Source: an uncultured Candidatus Bathyarchaeia archaeon (GTDB lineage Archaea; Thermoproteota; Bathyarchaeia; Bathyarchaeales; Bathyarchaeaceae). Taken from it: 56,013 bases of DNA. Of this stretch, positions 36,546 to 46,616 are shown in pieces. Under the pieces are notes generated by a model. That model did no database searches, was not told the DNA's origin, and worked only from the letters and a program-made list of their open reading frames with translations. Position 1 is the first letter of the stretch. Each line of letters begins with the position of its first letter. The stretch lies in contig CAZKWF010000002.1 of assembly GCA_964556565.1 (NCBI GenBank), positions 107,499 to 163,511 of the forward strand, in the 5' to 3' direction. The position numbers and the translations under genes were made by a program.

Positions 36546-39500
36546 TTGAACGTCGCGATGAGCAAGGAACACCAGCAATATGTGTCTACATTAGAGAGCA
36601 AGCTCACGGGTATATATGAAATTGCGGAGAAGGCAAGAGAAAAAGGGTTTGATCCCTCTCTTCACTCTGAGCCTAAAGTGGCTAAAGACTTAGCCGAGCT
36701 TGTGGAGGGTCTGGTTGGTCCACAAGGTGTTGCTGAAAGCATCCGAAACTTAAGCAAGAAATTGCCACGAGAAGAGCTTGCGTTCAAAATTGCTGAAGAG
36801 ATTGTATACGGAAAATTCGAGCACATGAGTGCAAGTGAAGCCGCTGAGCAGGCGATAAGAACTGCCCTTGCCATACTGACCGAGGGTATCACCGCCGCGC
36901 CTCTGCAAGGCGTAGCACAAGTAGCCGTGAAGTATAACTCTGACCGAACGAGGTATTTGGCAATTTATTATGCTGGTCCTATACGTTCTGCAGGTGGTAC
37001 GGAACAGGCCTTAAGCTTGCTGGTAGGAGATTTTGTTCGTCGTTTGCTGGGGCTGGACCGTTATAAGCCGACTGAAGATGAGATTGGGCGTTTCATCGAA
37101 GAAATGCGACTATTTGAACGATCAGTAAGTCGGTTTCAATATCATGTGTCGGATGAAGAATTGAGAAGAGCACTTCAATTTCTCCCCGTGGAAGTTACTG
37201 GGCTGGAATCTGATCCCGTTGAGGTTTCTGCCTACCGTGATCTTCCTCGAATCGAGACAAACCGGGTACGAGGTGGTGCACTCCGTGTTGTAAATGATGG
37301 AGTTGTGGGGCGTTCTGCAAAGGTGTGGACGATTGTGGAAAAACTGGGGATTGAGGGTTGGGACTGGTTGAAGAGTGTTCGAGAGATCGAGCGGAAGAAG
37401 AATGCTGGTTTTATGGAGGATATTATTGCGGGGCGTCCCATCTTTTCATTTCCTTCAAGGCGTGGAGGTTTCAGACTTCGCTATGGAAGATCTAGAAACA
37501 CCGGTTTAGCTGCAGTGGGGGTCCATCCGGCAACCATGATGGTTCTTCAGAACTTTCTTGCAGCAGGCACTCAAGTACGCATTGAAGGCCCAGGGAAAGC
37601 TGGGGTTGTTCTTCCGGTAGATACGATAGAGCCTCCAATTGTACGATTGAAGGATGGATCTGTTGTTCGTGCTTCACTTGAAAACTTTGCACAAATAAAA
37701 AATGTGGTTGACAAGATCCTATTTTTAGGCGACATCCTCATCGGGTTTGGCGACTTTCTGTATACCAACAAACCTCTTCTCCCGTCAGGGGTCACCGAAG
37801 AGTGGTGGTGTCAGGAGCTTCAAGCGATCATTAAACAGAAATTGGGTGGAGATCTAAAGGAGGCTGCGACGACGGCGAAAATTTCTACAGATCGCCTTGA
37901 AGGATTTCTCGTAGACCCTTTTAGAAACAAGCCAACTGCCGAAGAAGCAGTATCACTGTCCCTAGCGTTCGGAGTTCCTCTTCATCCATTTTTCACGTTC
38001 TTCTGGGCGTACATTTCTTCTGATGAACTCCGAATGTTACGGAAGTGGCTCTTAAACGCTCGAAGAGAGGTTGAGAACGAAACTGTTGGTGAAATATCTG
38101 GCGAGATGAACGAATCAGTAAAGCAGCTGCTTGAAAAGATATGTATTCCCCATAAAGTTGTGGAAGGCAACATTAGGATAGAAGGGGATGAAGCTTATGT
38201 CTTTGCATTTTGTCTCGGGTTAAACGATTCCAAAGCGAGAATAGCTAGTGCGAAGTCTGTTCTTGAAAACATTGGTAAACTCTGTGGTGTTAGTGTCAGA
38301 GATAAAGCTCCGACGTTTGTGGGTGCGAGAATGGGGCGTCCGGAGAAGGCGAAGAGGCGAGAGATGAGGCCTCTGGTTCATGTGCTTTTCCCTGTTGGGC
38401 TTGCTGGTGGTCCTCGGCGAAACATTGTGAAGGCGTTAAACAGAGTTATGATTGATGTTGAGCTTGTGAGGCGTCGATGTCCTGATTGTCGAACGGAAAC
38501 TCATAGAATAAAGTGTGCTAAATGTGGGGCAGAGACGGTTTTGGTGAAGTGTTGTCCTCGGTGTGGCAAGGTTCTGAAACAGGATGTTTGTCCGATCTGT
38601 AAAGTTTCAACAAGGAGCTACAGTAAACAAGCAATTAACTTGAGGGAGTTAATGAATGAGGCGAGTGAAAGGCTGAACCTTCCTGTTCCAGAACTTGTGA
38701 AAGGCGTAAAAGGTTTAATAAACGAAACAAAGATGGTTGAGACGCTTGAAAAAGGGATTTTGCGAGCCAAATATGACCTTTCTGTTTATAAGGATGGAAC
38801 AATTCGGTTCGACGCTACAAACGCGCCATTAACGCATTTTAAGCCGAAAGAAATCGGTGTCTCTGTTGAAAGGCTTCAGGAAATGGGTTATCTTCTTGAC
38901 TGCTACGGGAATTCATTAACCGACCCTGATCAGATATGCGAGCTTAAAGTTCAAGACATTGTTATTCCAGTGGAAAATGCTGAATACTTTGTTCGTGTGA
39001 CCAATTTCTTAGACGATCTTCTTGAGAAGGTGTATGAGCTTCCTCCATACTACAACGTTAAACGTGTTGACGATTTAGTTGGACATTTAGTCGTAGGCTT
39101 GGCACCGCACACCTCAGCGGGTATTCTCGGCAGAATAATCGGGTTCACAAACCATAATGTTTGTTATGCTCATGTCCTTTGGCATTCAGCAAAGCGTCGG
39201 GACTGCGACGGCGATGAGGACGCTTTGATGCTGGCTTTGGATACTATCTTAAACTTTTCTAAGGCTTACCTGCCAGCTCAGATAGGTGGAATAATGGATG
39301 CGCCACTTTTCATTATTCCCCTGGTGAACCCTGCGGAAGTACAACGGCAGGCTCATGAGGTGGATGTTGCTGGGACGTATCCGCTGGTGTTTTATGAGAA
39401 GACTTGGCAGAGCGTCATGCCCCGTAAAATTGGCGAACTCATAGATCTAGTTGAGTATCGATTAAACAGTGAAGCGCAGTTTCAAGGTTTCAACTATACG

Positions 39501-39959
39501 ATTCCTGTTTCGGATATTAACTTGGGTAATCGTGAGAGCATTTACAAGAGGTTGGGGCGAATGCTTGACAAGTTGAGCAGTCAACTTACGTTAGCGGAGA
39601 AGATTGAGGCTGTAGATGCTGAGACCGTGGCGAGGAAGGTTTTGACCACGCATTTCATGCGAGATATCATGGGCAATTTGCGGGCGTTTACCACCCAGAG
39701 CTTTCGATGTAAAAAATGTAACAAACGTTTCAGACGATTACCTCTTCGCGGTAGGTGTTCCGTGTGTGGAGGCGAGGTAGCCTTGACAGTTCATCGTGGT
39801 GGAATCGAAAAGTACTTGGAAGCGGCGCGTCAGCTTGTGAAGAAGTATGGGTTATCCGATTATTATGCTCAGCGACTTACGTTGGTGGAGGAGGAGATTA
39901 GGTCTTTGTTTGAAGGTGATAAGCCTAAGCAGGTAAGCCTCTCTGACTTTATAGCCTGA
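36546..39959 (+). CDS. polD2: DNA polymerase D large subunit DP2
   Basis: GITAAPLQG, GPIRSAGGT, GFRLRYGR, GARMGRPEKA, KRRDCDGDED catalytic Asp pair and C-terminal zinc fingers. No intein. Confidence 0.97.
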   Translation: MNVAMSKEHQQYVSTLESKLTGIYEIAEKAREKGFDPSLHSEPKVAKDLAELVEGLVGPQGVAESIRNLSKKLPREELAFKIAEEIVYGKFEHMSASEAAEQAIRTALAILTEGITAAPLQGVAQVAVKYNSDRTRYLAIYYAGPIRSAGGTEQALSLLVGDFVRRLLGLDRYKPTEDEIGRFIEEMRLFERSVSRFQYHVSDEELRRALQFLPVEVTGLESDPVEVSAYRDLPRIETNRVRGGALRVVNDGVVGRSAKVWTIVEKLGIEGWDWLKSVREIERKKNAGFMEDIIAGRPIFSFPSRRGGFRLRYGRSRNTGLAAVGVHPATMMVLQNFLAAGTQVRIEGPGKAGVVLPVDTIEPPIVRLKDGSVVRASLENFAQIKNVVDKILFLGDILIGFGDFLYTNKPLLPSGVTEEWWCQELQAIIKQKLGGDLKEAATTAKISTDRLEGFLVDPFRNKPTAEEAVSLSLAFGVPLHPFFTFFWAYISSDELRMLRKWLLNARREVENETVGEISGEMNESVKQLLEKICIPHKVVEGNIRIEGDEAYVFAFCLGLNDSKARIASAKSVLENIGKLCGVSVRDKAPTFVGARMGRPEKAKRREMRPLVHVLFPVGLAGGPRRNIVKALNRVMIDVELVRRRCPDCRTETHRIKCAKCGAETVLVKCCPRCGKVLKQDVCPICKVSTRSYSKQAINLRELMNEASERLNLPVPELVKGVKGLINETKMVETLEKGILRAKYDLSVYKDGTIRFDATNAPLTHFKPKEIGVSVERLQEMGYLLDCYGNSLTDPDQICELKVQDIVIPVENAEYFVRVTNFLDDLLEKVYELPPYYNVKRVDDLVGHLVVGLAPHTSAGILGRIIGFTNHNVCYAHVLWHSAKRRDCDGDEDALMLALDTILNFSKAYLPAQIGGIMDAPLFIIPLVNPAEVQRQAHEVDVAGTYPLVFYEKTWQSVMPRKIGELIDLVEYRLNSEAQFQGFNYTIPVSDINLGNRESIYKRLGRMLDKLSSQLTLAEKIEAVDAETVARKVLTTHFMRDIMGNLRAFTTQSFRCKKCNKRFRRLPLRGRCSVCGGEVALTVHRGGIEKYLEAARQLVKKYGLSDYYAQRLTLVEEEIRSLFEGDKPKQVSLSDFIA

Positions 39960-40012
39960 CGTGCTAGTGGAAACCTTTTCTATGTGAACTGAGAATTTTG
40001 GTTTGAGGAACC

Positions 40013-40291
40013 ATGTTAAAGGGAGACTATGATCCTAAGGCTTTTCTGTCTCTGAAGAGGAATATCCGACCTGGATTAGTCGCTAGGACAAAAATTCTTT
40101 TGCTTCTAGAGAAAGGATCGTCTAACACTAAGGATATTCTGAAGAAGAGTAAGCTTAGTTACGCGTCTGTTTTACATCATCTGCATCTTCTTGAGGCTGA
40201 GAACACTCTTGTGCATAAGGGCAAGAGGCTGTACGTTTGGGAGTTGACTGGTGCTGGGCAGCAAAGATTAACGAATGCTACGTCGACCTGA
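40013..40291 (+). CDS. ArsR-like winged-HTH protein
   Basis: ARTKILLLL, LSYASVLHHLHLLEAE, wing WELTGAGQ. Confidence 0.78.
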   Translation: MLKGDYDPKAFLSLKRNIRPGLVARTKILLLLEKGSSNTKDILKKSKLSYASVLHHLHLLEAENTLVHKGKRLYVWELTGAGQQRLTNATST

Positions 40292-40340
40292 AGCATTTGC
40301 AGGGTGACTGTTGACATTACATGCGATCCTAATTGAACGT

Positions 40341-40823
40341 CTACCACATGTTCGTTTTCAATTTCGTAGAATCTTTTTCTGCTAGTTCTTCTATGCTGAA
40401 GAGCTTCGCATCAGGTATGGAACTGATTTTTCTCGCGGTCTCTTCCATTTTCTCTGGGTTTCCGTGCAGTAGCTCCGCTTTGAGGCTTTGGAAAACCCCT
40501 GTCTTCATTTTCACTCGAATGGCCCTGTGCTCTGCGTGGAATACAGCTGAGATTTCGCTGAGATTTGCTACGGCTATGTTGCCTTTTCCAAGTGTGCATC
40601 CTGTTGCCACTTGTATGCCATCGACTACACAGGATAAGGGTGGTTTGTTACCGGTGTTAACAGTCACAGATAGGTCGCGGAATCCGTTTGTCTTGAGAGT
40701 CCGTCTTGCTAACAATCCTATTCGAACTCCGATTGTTAAGAACGGGCCGAGGTGTCCATGGAATTCCGCTGCTTTATTCAGTATATCCTTAAGCTCTGTG
40801 TCTACGCTTCGTCTAGATATCAC
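40341..40823 (-). CDS. FmdE-family protein
   Basis: AAEFHGHLGPFLTIG, SCVVDGIQVATGCTLGKGNI. Confidence 0.88.
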   Translation of the reverse strand: MISRRSVDTELKDILNKAAEFHGHLGPFLTIGVRIGLLARRTLKTNGFRDLSVTVNTGNKPPLSCVVDGIQVATGCTLGKGNIAVANLSEISAVFHAEHRAIRVKMKTGVFQSLKAELLHGNPEKMEETARKISSIPDAKLFSIEELAEKDSTKLKTNMW

Positions 40824-40843
40824 GGCGAATTGCTCCTTGCGAC

Positions 40844-41380
40844 TTATTTCGAGTGGCTTGGAATAACTATTCTGGTCTTAAGAGCGTTGACTAGGACGAG
40901 TCCGAATATGCCTCCAATAATGCCGCCGATCGCATGGTTTGTAGCGAATGTGATGACTGCCCAGATCGGGTTGAGGCTCATAAAAATGCTTCCGATGATT
41001 AGACCGGCTACGCCTGCGCATATTGTGGAAAATGAGATCATGCTTATGGTGCTGGGTAGAGGCTTTTCGAAACAGTTACTGTAACCTATTGTTCTTGTTA
41101 GAATGTCGAAGAGGATGCTTGCTGCCATGAAACCGAGCATGTGGTAGCGGCCTGTTAATGCGAACGTTAATATTGTGACTATTAGTCCAGTCAGTGAGAC
41201 TGCGCCAAACTTTCTTGTCCACCATGCAACTAGTATTAGTGATGTGAATGCTAGAAAGTCGCACAGGAATGGCATACCAGTCATCTGCCAGAAAATTGGA
41301 GATAGTGTGTTATTCAGAACTGCCCATAAGACGGCGCACATGATTATGGCGGTTATGTCTCGTGTGTTGAAGTAAGCCAT
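40844..41380 (-). CDS. Membrane protein, ECF transporter S-component-like
   Basis: About six hydrophobic helices, 178 aa; divergent from nikR. Confidence 0.6.
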   Translation of the reverse strand: MAYFNTRDITAIIMCAVLWAVLNNTLSPIFWQMTGMPFLCDFLAFTSLILVAWWTRKFGAVSLTGLIVTILTFALTGRYHMLGFMAASILFDILTRTIGYSNCFEKPLPSTISMISFSTICAGVAGLIIGSIFMSLNPIWAVITFATNHAIGGIIGGIFGLVLVNALKTRIVIPSHSK

Positions 41381-41383
41381 TTG

Positions 41384-41440
41384 GTAACACCTTATTTACA
41401 AAAAGTATTACTACGCTTGATAAAAGCTTTATGGTAACAC
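41384..41440. promoter_or_regulatory. Candidate NikR operator half-sites
   Basis: GTAACAC (41384-41390)-N14-GTATTAC (41405-41411), with a further GTAACAC at 41434-41440, in the divergent promoter. Confidence 0.45.
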
Positions 41441-41467
41441 GCCGAACAGTTCAACGAGGAAAATGAT

Positions 41468-41872
41468 ATGAGCAAAATTGTACGCGTCGGCGTCACTTTT
41501 CCTCCTGACCTACTTAAAGAACTTGATGAAGTGCTTGAGGAGACGGGTTATGAGAGCAGGTCTAAGGCGATTCAGGACTCTGTGAGCGCTTTTGTCAGCG
41601 AACACAAGTGGCTTCGGGAGCAAAAGGGCGTGAGAGTTGGCGTCTTAGTGGTGCTTTATGACCATGAGGTGAAGGGCTTAAATGAAGCTCTTATCGACAC
41701 TCAACATGAGCATGCTGACGTGATCTATTCCTCCATGCACATTCACCTAAGCGAACAAGACTGCCTAGAAGCCATAGCAGTAAAGGGCGAAGCCGAAGAG
41801 ATTAAAAAATTAACCCAAGAGTTAAAAACAAAGAAAGGAGTAAAACAGGTCAAGCTATCCATAGTTTACTGA
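41468..41872 (+). CDS. nikR: Nickel-responsive regulator NikR
   Basis: RHH N-terminus RVGVTFP, RSKAIQD, YDHE, HIHLSEQDCLE (HxH..C nickel site). Confidence 0.92.
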   Translation: MSKIVRVGVTFPPDLLKELDEVLEETGYESRSKAIQDSVSAFVSEHKWLREQKGVRVGVLVVLYDHEVKGLNEALIDTQHEHADVIYSSMHIHLSEQDCLEAIAVKGEAEEIKKLTQELKTKKGVKQVKLSIVY

Positions 41873-42032
41873 TAATCCTTGAAACAACAACTGTAAACCT
41901 ACCACCTCTTGTTCACGTTCTTCGCTTCGAATTTCGAATGTCAATTTGGTAAAACCAAGAGTTTATGTATGCACCTACTGTGTTCATACAATAGGAAGAG
42001 TAAATATGCAATAATCACCTTCTCAAATTGAA

Positions 42033-42470
42033 ATGAGGGCGACCTCTTTGTCTGACGAAATGACAGAAGAAGATTGGGAAACACATCTAGCGAGATATTT
42101 CCCAAGGTGTCCTCTGTGTGGCTCTAAATCACTTGAATTTGACATAAAATTCGAACGCCCATATGATTATATTCGTTGTCACAGTTGTCATGCTAAATGG
42201 GAAGTTGATTGGAAAGGTCAAGACTATGCCATCGAATCCATCAAGCTTGTGGAAGTCAGGAATGTAGACAAAATTCAATTGAAAGGAAAAAAGCTTAAAC
42301 CCGAATTTTGGCTGGAGGCAGCATCAGAAGCAAGAGAAAAACAGCCAACCACCAAAGAAAAAGAAGTAATAAAAGAAAAAGAGGTAATCGTAAAAATCCG
42401 ATGCCCATACTGCCATAGAGTCTACAATGAGGACCTGGACACATGCCCTCACTGTGGAGCATCAAGATAA
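42033..42470 (+). CDS. Double zinc-ribbon protein
   Basis: CPLC..CHSC and CPYC..CPHC, with a KEKEVI x2 linker. Confidence 0.75.
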   Translation: MRATSLSDEMTEEDWETHLARYFPRCPLCGSKSLEFDIKFERPYDYIRCHSCHAKWEVDWKGQDYAIESIKLVEVRNVDKIQLKGKKLKPEFWLEAASEAREKQPTTKEKEVIKEKEVIVKIRCPYCHRVYNEDLDTCPHCGASR

Positions 42471-42790
42471 CATGTGTACATTAGTTATGTATAGCCATAA
42501 CAGGCATTAGAGTAATTGAATTTGCAGAGCTTTTAGGATTTTATCTCTTCTTAATGGCATTAGTGCCTTGACGACAGCGTTCGGATTCAATCACAGATGA
42601 GAACTAAAATATTAGATATACATGCATGGAAGACTGCTTTATCGATTTCTGACTTTACCTTTCTGAGTTCAATGGTTTCTGTTATCGTTGTTCCTCAATG
42701 CATGCATTTTGCGTCTATATTTTTGGAAGAAAAAACATAAATACCACACTGGTATTGGTGCCAATTACGCAAGAATCGGAGGTGAAAAGC

Positions 42791-42856
42791 ATGAATGAGG
42801 AAAGGGAATGGGAAGAGGAATGGGAAGAAGAAGATGATGAAGAAGAAGATTGGTAG
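42791..42856 (+). CDS. Acidic micropeptide MNEEREWEEEWEEEDDEEEDW (21 aa)
   Basis: Strong Shine-Dalgarno GGAGGTGA just upstream; clean E/D/W frame resembling the 14471-14518 peptide. Confidence 0.65.
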   Translation: MNEEREWEEEWEEEDDEEEDW

Positions 42857-42881
42857 GAAAAAAGGGAAAGGCATGAAATAA
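42834..42881 (+). CDS. Possible basic micropeptide MMKKKIGRKKGKGMK (or MVGKKGKA from TTG 42850)
   Basis: Overlaps the acidic ORF end and parallels the 14411 peptide. Partly explained by the purine-rich tract. Confidence 0.35.
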   Translation: MMKKKIGRKKGKGMK

Positions 42882-43093
42882 AAGCAAAACACACTAGGTA
42901 GAGTTTCTTTCAGTCTTTTTATGAATTCTCTTTTTCGAAAAACTTCATGTAATTTTCGTGATTTTAGGGTTTCTATTTTTCCGAGTTTCAGGGCATTTTC
43001 CCTGAACTTAAATACCTTGCTGAGAATATTATATCAAACTAGTTTCAAATAGACTCGGGTTTTCTTTGCAGACGCCCGAGCTAGAAAGGATAA

Positions 43094-43609
43094 ATGACAA
43101 TCTTGTTAGACAAAATGAGAATAACTGCTCGCTCTAAAAAACGTGTGGGGTTCACTAGAAATCACATAAGTTTCTACACGAAATATGCCGTGGTTGTCTT
43201 CAATACCTTGAGAAAACCTTTGTTTCACAAGTTTCTTAATTGGGTGTTAAGAAAAGAAAGAATAGAGAAACATAAGGTCCAGGATGTTCAAATCAGGATG
43301 TTCCCGTTGAGAAAAGAGAATGGAAATGGACTTGCCGGAAAGTGTAATAGTGAAGGAAAAATTCTCCTATATCCAAGGAGACTCGAGTTTTGTCGAAAAA
43401 AGATGCGAGGACTTGGCATGGAAAACCTTGACTTTTACATTAAGAGCAGAGCTAGGGCTACTTTGATACATGAGCTTCTGCACCTAAAATACGCAAGTGA
43501 CGAAGAAAAAGTCAGAGAACTTACAAAAAAATACTTTAACATATTTACTAAGCATAAACGTTCAAAAAACTCAGATTTGCACAACATTACGAAAATGTTG
43601 TTCGCGTAG
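43094..43609 (+). CDS. Hypothetical protein with HExxH zincin-like motif
   Basis: GLAGKC..GKILLYP and ATLIHELLHLKY; start uncertain. Confidence 0.65.
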   Translation: MTILLDKMRITARSKKRVGFTRNHISFYTKYAVVVFNTLRKPLFHKFLNWVLRKERIEKHKVQDVQIRMFPLRKENGNGLAGKCNSEGKILLYPRRLEFCRKKMRGLGMENLDFYIKSRARATLIHELLHLKYASDEEKVRELTKKYFNIFTKHKRSKNSDLHNITKMLFA

Positions 43610-43885
43610 TAGAAAATGTATGCGTGCATGTTATTATCCAATATCAGTTACTAAGCCAGAAGGCATAAGAATTCTTTCGCTTGCTAGTGACTGGCTTTGG
43701 TGATGTTAAACATCTAATCCCTTGATAAGCCAAAAGAGTGTGTGCATGCACAGCCTTAAGGCTTAATTCTGTCTGCCCCCCCATATAGGCATATCAATTG
43801 ACGTAAATCTAAGCTTGGCATTGGACTTCGGGGGATGTCTCCACTGCAATCAGATTAATTCCAATCTGCTAAATTTTTGCATGCA

Positions 43886-44668
43886 CTATTTTTGTTCAAT
43901 AATTTTCATGTAGGCAATCGTAGCTGCTGTAACGAATATTGCTGAGAAAACAACTAGGTTTCTTATCATATCAATTGCAAAAGGCGGGTTACCCAAGAGA
44001 AAGGCTCTAATCAGGTTTGCACCGTTGCTTAAAGGGTTGAGTTCAGCTAGCACTACCAAGGGCTGTGGCATTATTCCCTCTTGACCAAGCGTCTGTATCA
44101 GCGACAGTGGATAGAAAATACTACTGCAGAAAAAGAGCACATAATATATCAAACCTCTTACAGTGATGAATTTTTCAAAGCTAGATATGGAAACTGCAGC
44201 AGCTATGCTTACACCTGAAATTCCTGTCGCCAACAGAAATAGAGCACCTAGAATTATGAAGAGTTGCAGAAGTGAGGGGAAACCAACGATAAGAAAAGTG
44301 GTCAAAAGTAGTGGCGTCATATACATCATTCCTCTCAATCCACCTGCTAGCAATCTACCTAAAGCGAGCTCCAAACGTGTAATTGGAAGGCTGAGCATGT
44401 AATGGTGAATTTGGCGCCGTACTTCCATGTTAATCTCTCGACCAATCATAAAAGCCGAGGCAAATAAGCCAACAACCGTGACGCCTGGAGCGAAAAAGCT
44501 GAAGTAGCTTTTGATCTGCTCAGCTATCTCAGGACTCAACATCTGATCATATACAACTGCCATTATCAGCAAGTCTGCAAGATTCATGCTTATCAGACCT
44601 GCCAGCCACCACTTATAGCGGAAAAAGTTTCTAAAATCATGTTCAATCAAATGAAGAATCGCTTTCAT
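43886..44668 (-). CDS. ABC-2 type permease
   Basis: Hydrophobic; FFAPGV, SSIFYP, LNPLSNGANLIR. Confidence 0.88.
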   Translation of the reverse strand: MKAILHLIEHDFRNFFRYKWWLAGLISMNLADLLIMAVVYDQMLSPEIAEQIKSYFSFFAPGVTVVGLFASAFMIGREINMEVRRQIHHYMLSLPITRLELALGRLLAGGLRGMMYMTPLLLTTFLIVGFPSLLQLFIILGALFLLATGISGVSIAAAVSISSFEKFITVRGLIYYVLFFCSSIFYPLSLIQTLGQEGIMPQPLVVLAELNPLSNGANLIRAFLLGNPPFAIDMIRNLVVFSAIFVTAATIAYMKIIEQK

Positions 44669-45439
44669 CTATTGCCAACCTCCACCTTCAAGTCGTTTCT
44701 CATAAAATGTGACGCCGACAAACGTGAATATGAAGAAGAATATGACAATACCTATTATCGCTGCTAAAGGCATAGGAGACATGGTCAAGTATCTTTCTAT
44801 TCCTGTACCCCAACGGAACAAGTCAGAAGCATAAGTAACTGGATTGAATTGTGAAAATGTTGCATACGCTTGATTTGCGTCTTGAACAAAAGCTTGAGGA
44901 TACATTGTAGTGCTTAGTCGAATTATAAGGGCACTTAAGACTCCCATGAAAATATCAAACCGGTCACCTGACTTCAACGTAACTGCGATCGTAATGCTCA
45001 TCCCCGAGATACCAAAAGCAAACAAAAAGAGCGCTGAAAAGGCAACAAGAAGGTTAAGCGGGTTCGCAAGTCCAATTATAAATAGTGTAATTGCGATAAT
45101 TGGACCTACAAGAATGAAACTTCGTATTCCACCGCCAATAGATCTCCCCAAAACAAGTTCCTTGCGGGAAACAGGGAGACTTAGCAGATACTCGAAAACA
45201 CCGTGTTCAGCTTCTTCAAAAATATCATATCCAATGAATACAGAGGCAGAATATAGCATCATTATTACAACACCTGCAACATAAAACTCAAAATAGATAT
45301 CTGCCAACTCAGGTACAACCATGCGAGAAGCAATTAAACCAAAGAAAGCAACCTGCGCAGCAAACCATATTGTACGCAAGATTATGATGAATTTAAATTG
45401 TATGAACCTGCGCAGATCTCTTTCAATGACTAGTAGCAA
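44669..45439 (-). CDS. ABC-2 type permease
   Basis: GVFEYLLSLPVSR, FNPVTYASDLFR. Confidence 0.88.
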   Translation of the reverse strand: MLLVIERDLRRFIQFKFIIILRTIWFAAQVAFFGLIASRMVVPELADIYFEFYVAGVVIMMLYSASVFIGYDIFEEAEHGVFEYLLSLPVSRKELVLGRSIGGGIRSFILVGPIIAITLFIIGLANPLNLLVAFSALFLFAFGISGMSITIAVTLKSGDRFDIFMGVLSALIIRLSTTMYPQAFVQDANQAYATFSQFNPVTYASDLFRWGTGIERYLTMSPMPLAAIIGIVIFFFIFTFVGVTFYEKRLEGGGWQ

Positions 45440-45454
45440 TTTCCTCGTCTTTTT

Positions 45455-46420
45455 TCACCTTGAATTGCCCTTTTGCTCTGCTTCCTCGATAGTCAATCCC
45501 GTATAATGAACAAAAACGTCATCAAGCGATGGTTCGCTCATACGAATCGAAGAAATCAGTAACCCTGCATTCGAAAACAGGTTCATAACATGTGGGACAA
45601 CTTTCTCCACCTTGTTAAGATGAATTCTCAGGTCATCTGGCTTCACCACTACTACTTCCACTACTTCTTTTAAACCCTTCAATTCATCCAGAACATTCTT
45701 GCTCACTTTCTTTTCAAGTTGAACCTCGACAACATCTCCTCCAAGAATGCTGTCCTTCAATGTTTTGGGCGTATCGCACACTAACATCTTGCCTTTGTGC
45801 ATAATTCCAACACGGTCAGAAAGTACATCTGCTTCGTAAAGCTCATTAGTGGCCAAGATTATGGTGGAGCCTTCATCTCGTAGTTCTCGAATCATATTCC
45901 AAATTTTGTGTTTGCCAACAACATCGATTTGAGAAGTAGGTTCGTCAATGAATGCGATTTTGGGTCTTTGAATCAGAATCTTGGCAACTTCAACACGTTT
46001 CTTCATCCCACCAGAAAGACCATGAATCCTTTTCCGCCTATGATCCCACATATTAACATGTTCCAACGTCTGCTTGACTCTTCGTTTCCGCTCTTGCGTT
46101 GAAAGACCACAGACTTTCGCGTGCCAATTCAGGACGTCCCATGGCGTGCTGACCCACATAAGTTTAGGGTCTTGAAAGCAAATACCAATCAGCTTTCTCA
46201 CATCATCCGGGTTTTTTCTTATATCATAACCACCCACGACTGCTGTTCCATTGGTCGGCTTAATCACGGTTGAAAGCATAAGAACAGTTGTTGTCTTTCC
46301 AGCGCCGTTAGGACCCAACAATCCAAAGATTTCTCTCTCATCAATACTCAAACTGAGTTTGTCCACTGCCACCAAGTCCTCGAAACGCTTTGTCAAATCG
46401 ATCGTCTGAATAATAGCCAC
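45455..46420 (-). CDS. ABC transporter ATP-binding protein (DrrA-like)
   Basis: GPNGAGKTT, LSGGMKKR, FIDEPT, C-terminal EPSLDDVFVHYTG. Confidence 0.95.
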   Translation of the reverse strand: MAIIQTIDLTKRFEDLVAVDKLSLSIDEREIFGLLGPNGAGKTTTVLMLSTVIKPTNGTAVVGGYDIRKNPDDVRKLIGICFQDPKLMWVSTPWDVLNWHAKVCGLSTQERKRRVKQTLEHVNMWDHRRKRIHGLSGGMKKRVEVAKILIQRPKIAFIDEPTSQIDVVGKHKIWNMIRELRDEGSTIILATNELYEADVLSDRVGIMHKGKMLVCDTPKTLKDSILGGDVVEVQLEKKVSKNVLDELKGLKEVVEVVVVKPDDLRIHLNKVEKVVPHVMNLFSNAGLLISSIRMSEPSLDDVFVHYTGLTIEEAEQKGNSR

Positions 46421-46616
46421 TAGCGTATCCTCATTAGCCTGCGAGTTTTTTGGAGCATAATAATGAAGAGGACTAGTGGATAAGCATATCGACTTTCACG
46501 ACGCCTATACAGCGGATTAATCAAAGGCTGCTTCTCTGTCTATGTCCCAAAAATATACATGCATGAAGAATTACGGTCTTCTCTCACCTTTTTTCTGGTC
46601 TTTTCGCACGCAAACA

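Noticed and set aside
35841-36578. 245-aa antisense ORF over GGGP synthase
   Set aside because: A shadow of a G/T-rich coding strand that lacks stops on the reverse; no motifs.
36546-39959. Possible intein in PolD DP2 (also checked Cdc6)
   Set aside because: Lengths are normal and no intein splice or LAGLIDADG motifs were seen.
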